Shown piece by piece: positions 25,112 to 27,049 of a stretch of 27,049 nucleotides of DNA. The DNA is from Opitutaceae bacterium (GTDB taxonomy: Bacteria; Verrucomicrobiota; Verrucomicrobiia; Opitutales; Opitutaceae). Below the pieces are notes generated by a model. It saw only the letters and a list, made by a program, of their open reading frames with translations, was not told the DNA's origin and made no database searches. How positions within the stretch are numbered: position 1 is the stretch's first letter; the number at the start of each line of letters is the position of its first letter. Position numbers and translations under genes: made by a program. The stretch lies in contig JBDNFZ010000393.1 of assembly GCA_041689555.1 (NCBI GenBank), forward strand, positions 1-27,049. The letters run 5' to 3'.

Positions 25112-27049
25112 TTAGAATTCCTTGCTGATGCGGACGTAGATGAAACGACCCGTGGCCAGATTGCCGTAGAGGTTGGGATCGAAATTCAACGTCTGATAAC
25201 CGTTACGTGGCGGCTCCTGATCCATCACGTTGGAAGCACCGAGCGTGATGGTGGTGTTCCACAGGCCGCGGTAGTTGACCGAGGGGCTGACCGACGTGAC
25301 GGCGTTTTCGCCCCAACCTGCGGCCGTGTAGCCGTCGTTGAAGTATTGACCGGAGCGGTTGACGTAGACCGCCGCGCCCCAGTCCTTGTGCCGCCAGTTG
25401 AACTCGCCCGTCATGTTGAGACGGGGGCTGCCATAGAGGCCTTGGAATTTGACCTGTCCGCCACCGAGACCGGAGTCGGACGCGATCGTGTCGATGTAGG
25501 TCGCGCGGATCGTCGTGCCAAACGTGCCGAGGCGCGTGACCGGGGTCTTGTAGACGACCTCGAAGTCGTAGCCGATGTAAGTCTGCTGGGCCAAGTTCAC
25601 CGGAACCGTGAAGATATTCCGGATCGGACCGGGATTCTCTGTCGAGTTGTCACGCACGATGGCGCTCGGGAACTGCGCCCGGCCCGTCGCGCTGAGGAGG
25701 AAATTGACGGAGGGCGAACTGATCACGTCGTCGATGCGGTAGTTGAAGTAGTCGGCGGAGAAACTGAGGCCCTTTAGCCACGGGTTCTTCACGCTCTTCG
25801 GCAACTCGATCACAACGCCGAGGTATTGCACCCGGCCGTCCTCGGGCTTGAGGAGGGGATTACCACCGGAAATCAGGCGCAATTGCGTGGCCGGATCCTG
25901 GGGGCGAAGCGGATCCTGCAAGACTGTCGACGAGAAGCCGACGGTTTGGGAAGCGTAGAGGCGGCCGAGGTCGGGAGCCTTAAAGGATTTGGAATAGGAA
26001 CCGCGGAGGACCACATCGAGGAATGGATTCTCCGGGAGGCGAATCTTGCCGCCGAACTTCGGCTTGTTGGTCTTGCCGAAGTCGCTGTAGCTCTCATGCC
26101 GGCCGGCGACCTGCAATTCGACCGATTTGAGAACCGGCAAAGAAATTTCAACATAGGCCGACCTGACCGTGCGGGAACCGGTGAGCGGCAGACCGCCACC
26201 CGATCCCACGTAAGCTGCGGTGTCCGGGCGCGTGTCCAGCTTCTCTTTGCGCACCTCGCCGCCCGCCGCCACTCCGATTTCGCCGCCGGGCAGCGAGAAT
26301 TGGGAGATGTTGCCGCCGACCGTAAGATCCGTGCCGTAAGCGAGAACCTTGGCGCTCGCGTTCGAGATCGTGAAGAGCCTGTTGACCAACTCGGCATTGT
26401 CCGACGGCCCGAACGGATTCAGCGCGGTCGCCCGCGTGGTGCCGTTGAGCGCGTTCTGCAGGTCCACCGCGCGGATCTGGTTACGGGTGGTGGTCGAGAC
26501 CACGCCATAGCCGTAGGCGGTGCCGAGTTCCCAAGACCAATCGGCATTGAGAATGCCTTTCAGACCCACCAGATAGTTCGCACCGGAGGATTCGGTGTCG
26601 AATTGGCGAGCCGGACCGAAACTGGTGCGATAGAGAAAATTCGTCAGATCGATACCCAGCGGATTATAGGGATTGTTAGCCGGAACGTTGAGCAGACCGG
26701 TCGGGCCCGTGCCGGCGTTCTGCGAACTCTGAATGACCGACGGAGTAAAACCAAACTTCGTCAGGTTATTCGACACGGACACCTCCACGAAGGCCGTCAG
26801 ACGGTCGGAGAAATCGTGGTTAAGGCGGCTGTAAAGGCTGATGTAATCGAAATCGGGATTGAGCTGGAAGGTCTGCGCGAAGTCATAACGATTCTCGTTG
26901 GGGATGGACGCGACGCGGGCGAACTGCGACCTAGTCGGGGTCGCCGTCGGCTTACCGCCGGTGAGAACGTAGGATCCGGAACCACCGGTGAAACCGGCGG
27001 CGGTGGCTTGCGCGGCCGTGAGCGTCAGATTGGCAGGCCAATTGGCCGA
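25112..27049 (-). CDS. TonB-dependent receptor, C-terminal beta-barrel portion (5'-truncated by the window edge)
   Basis: The frame is open to base 27049 (SANWPANL...LYSRLNHDFSDRLTAFVEVS). It shows amphipathic beta-strands, 'GRHESYSDFG', 'GGNPLLKPE', 'LGASNVMDQEPP' and terminal 'YVRISKEF' (C-terminal Phe). Confidence 0.93.
   Translation of the reverse strand, partial: SANWPANLTLTAAQATAAGFTGGSGSYVLTGGKPTATPTRSQFARVASIPNENRYDFAQTFQLNPDFDYISLYSRLNHDFSDRLTAFVEVSVSNNLTKFGFTPSVIQSSQNAGTGPTGLLNVPANNPYNPLGIDLTNFLYRTSFGPARQFDTESSGANYLVGLKGILNADWSWELGTAYGYGVVSTTTRNQIRAVDLQNALNGTTRATALNPFGPSDNAELVNRLFTISNASAKVLAYGTDLTVGGNISQFSLPGGEIGVAAGGEVRKEKLDTRPDTAAYVGSGGGLPLTGSRTVRSAYVEISLPVLKSVELQVAGRHESYSDFGKTNKPKFGGKIRLPENPFLDVVLRGSYSKSFKAPDLGRLYASQTVGFSSTVLQDPLRPQDPATQLRLISGGNPLLKPEDGRVQYLGVVIELPKSVKNPWLKGLSFSADYFNYRIDDVISSPSVNFLLSATGRAQFPSAIVRDNSTENPGPIRNIFTVPVNLAQQTYIGYDFEVVYKTPVTRLGTFGTTIRATYIDTIASDSGLGGGQVKFQGLYGSPRLNMTGEFNWRHKDWGAAVYVNRSGQYFNDGYTAAGWGENAVTSVSPSVNYRGLWNTTITLGASNVMDQEPPRNGYQTLNFDPNLYGNLATGRFIYVRISKEF

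Overview
High-GC chromosomal window, most likely from an Opitutaceae (Verrucomicrobiota) bacterium. This is inferred from the Opitutaceae-style secreted proteins, including a protease with the paired '(L/F)N(L/V)(S/A)TR' C-terminal domains. Gene content left to right: 3' part of glcF, a GntP-family permease, a membrane protein, a 60-aa membrane peptide divergent from an OxyR-like LysR regulator, an MFS exporter, a large U32/RlhA-like protein, glyoxalase I, a six-hairpin glycosidase homologue broken by one in-frame TAG, rhaM, a degenerate gluzincin/TPR-like protein, tRNA-Leu(TAG), a small secreted protein, psd, a RAYT transposase flanked by its REP doublets, clpB, and a minus-strand cluster (TonB-dependent receptor, S9 peptidase, secreted protein, M12-like metalloprotease) that looks like a peptide-utilisation locus. 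Best leads: (1) an oxyR-oxyS-like divergent switch, in which a near-perfect four-box OxyR operator abuts a promoter for a small membrane peptide while the regulator lacks the peroxide-sensing Cys; (2) an orphan plus-strand terminator preceded by a GU-rich tract, a candidate GcvB-like sRNA inside the peptide locus; (3) several different GTAG-REP families, including a two-copy composite element with a conserved non-palindromic tail and a nested insertion; (4) three 7-nt tandem arrays inside the U32 coding sequence; (5) a glycosidase homologue with apparently systematic active-site replacements. No CRISPR array, integrase or prophage was seen. All family assignments are by motif recognition from memory, and no database search was run.
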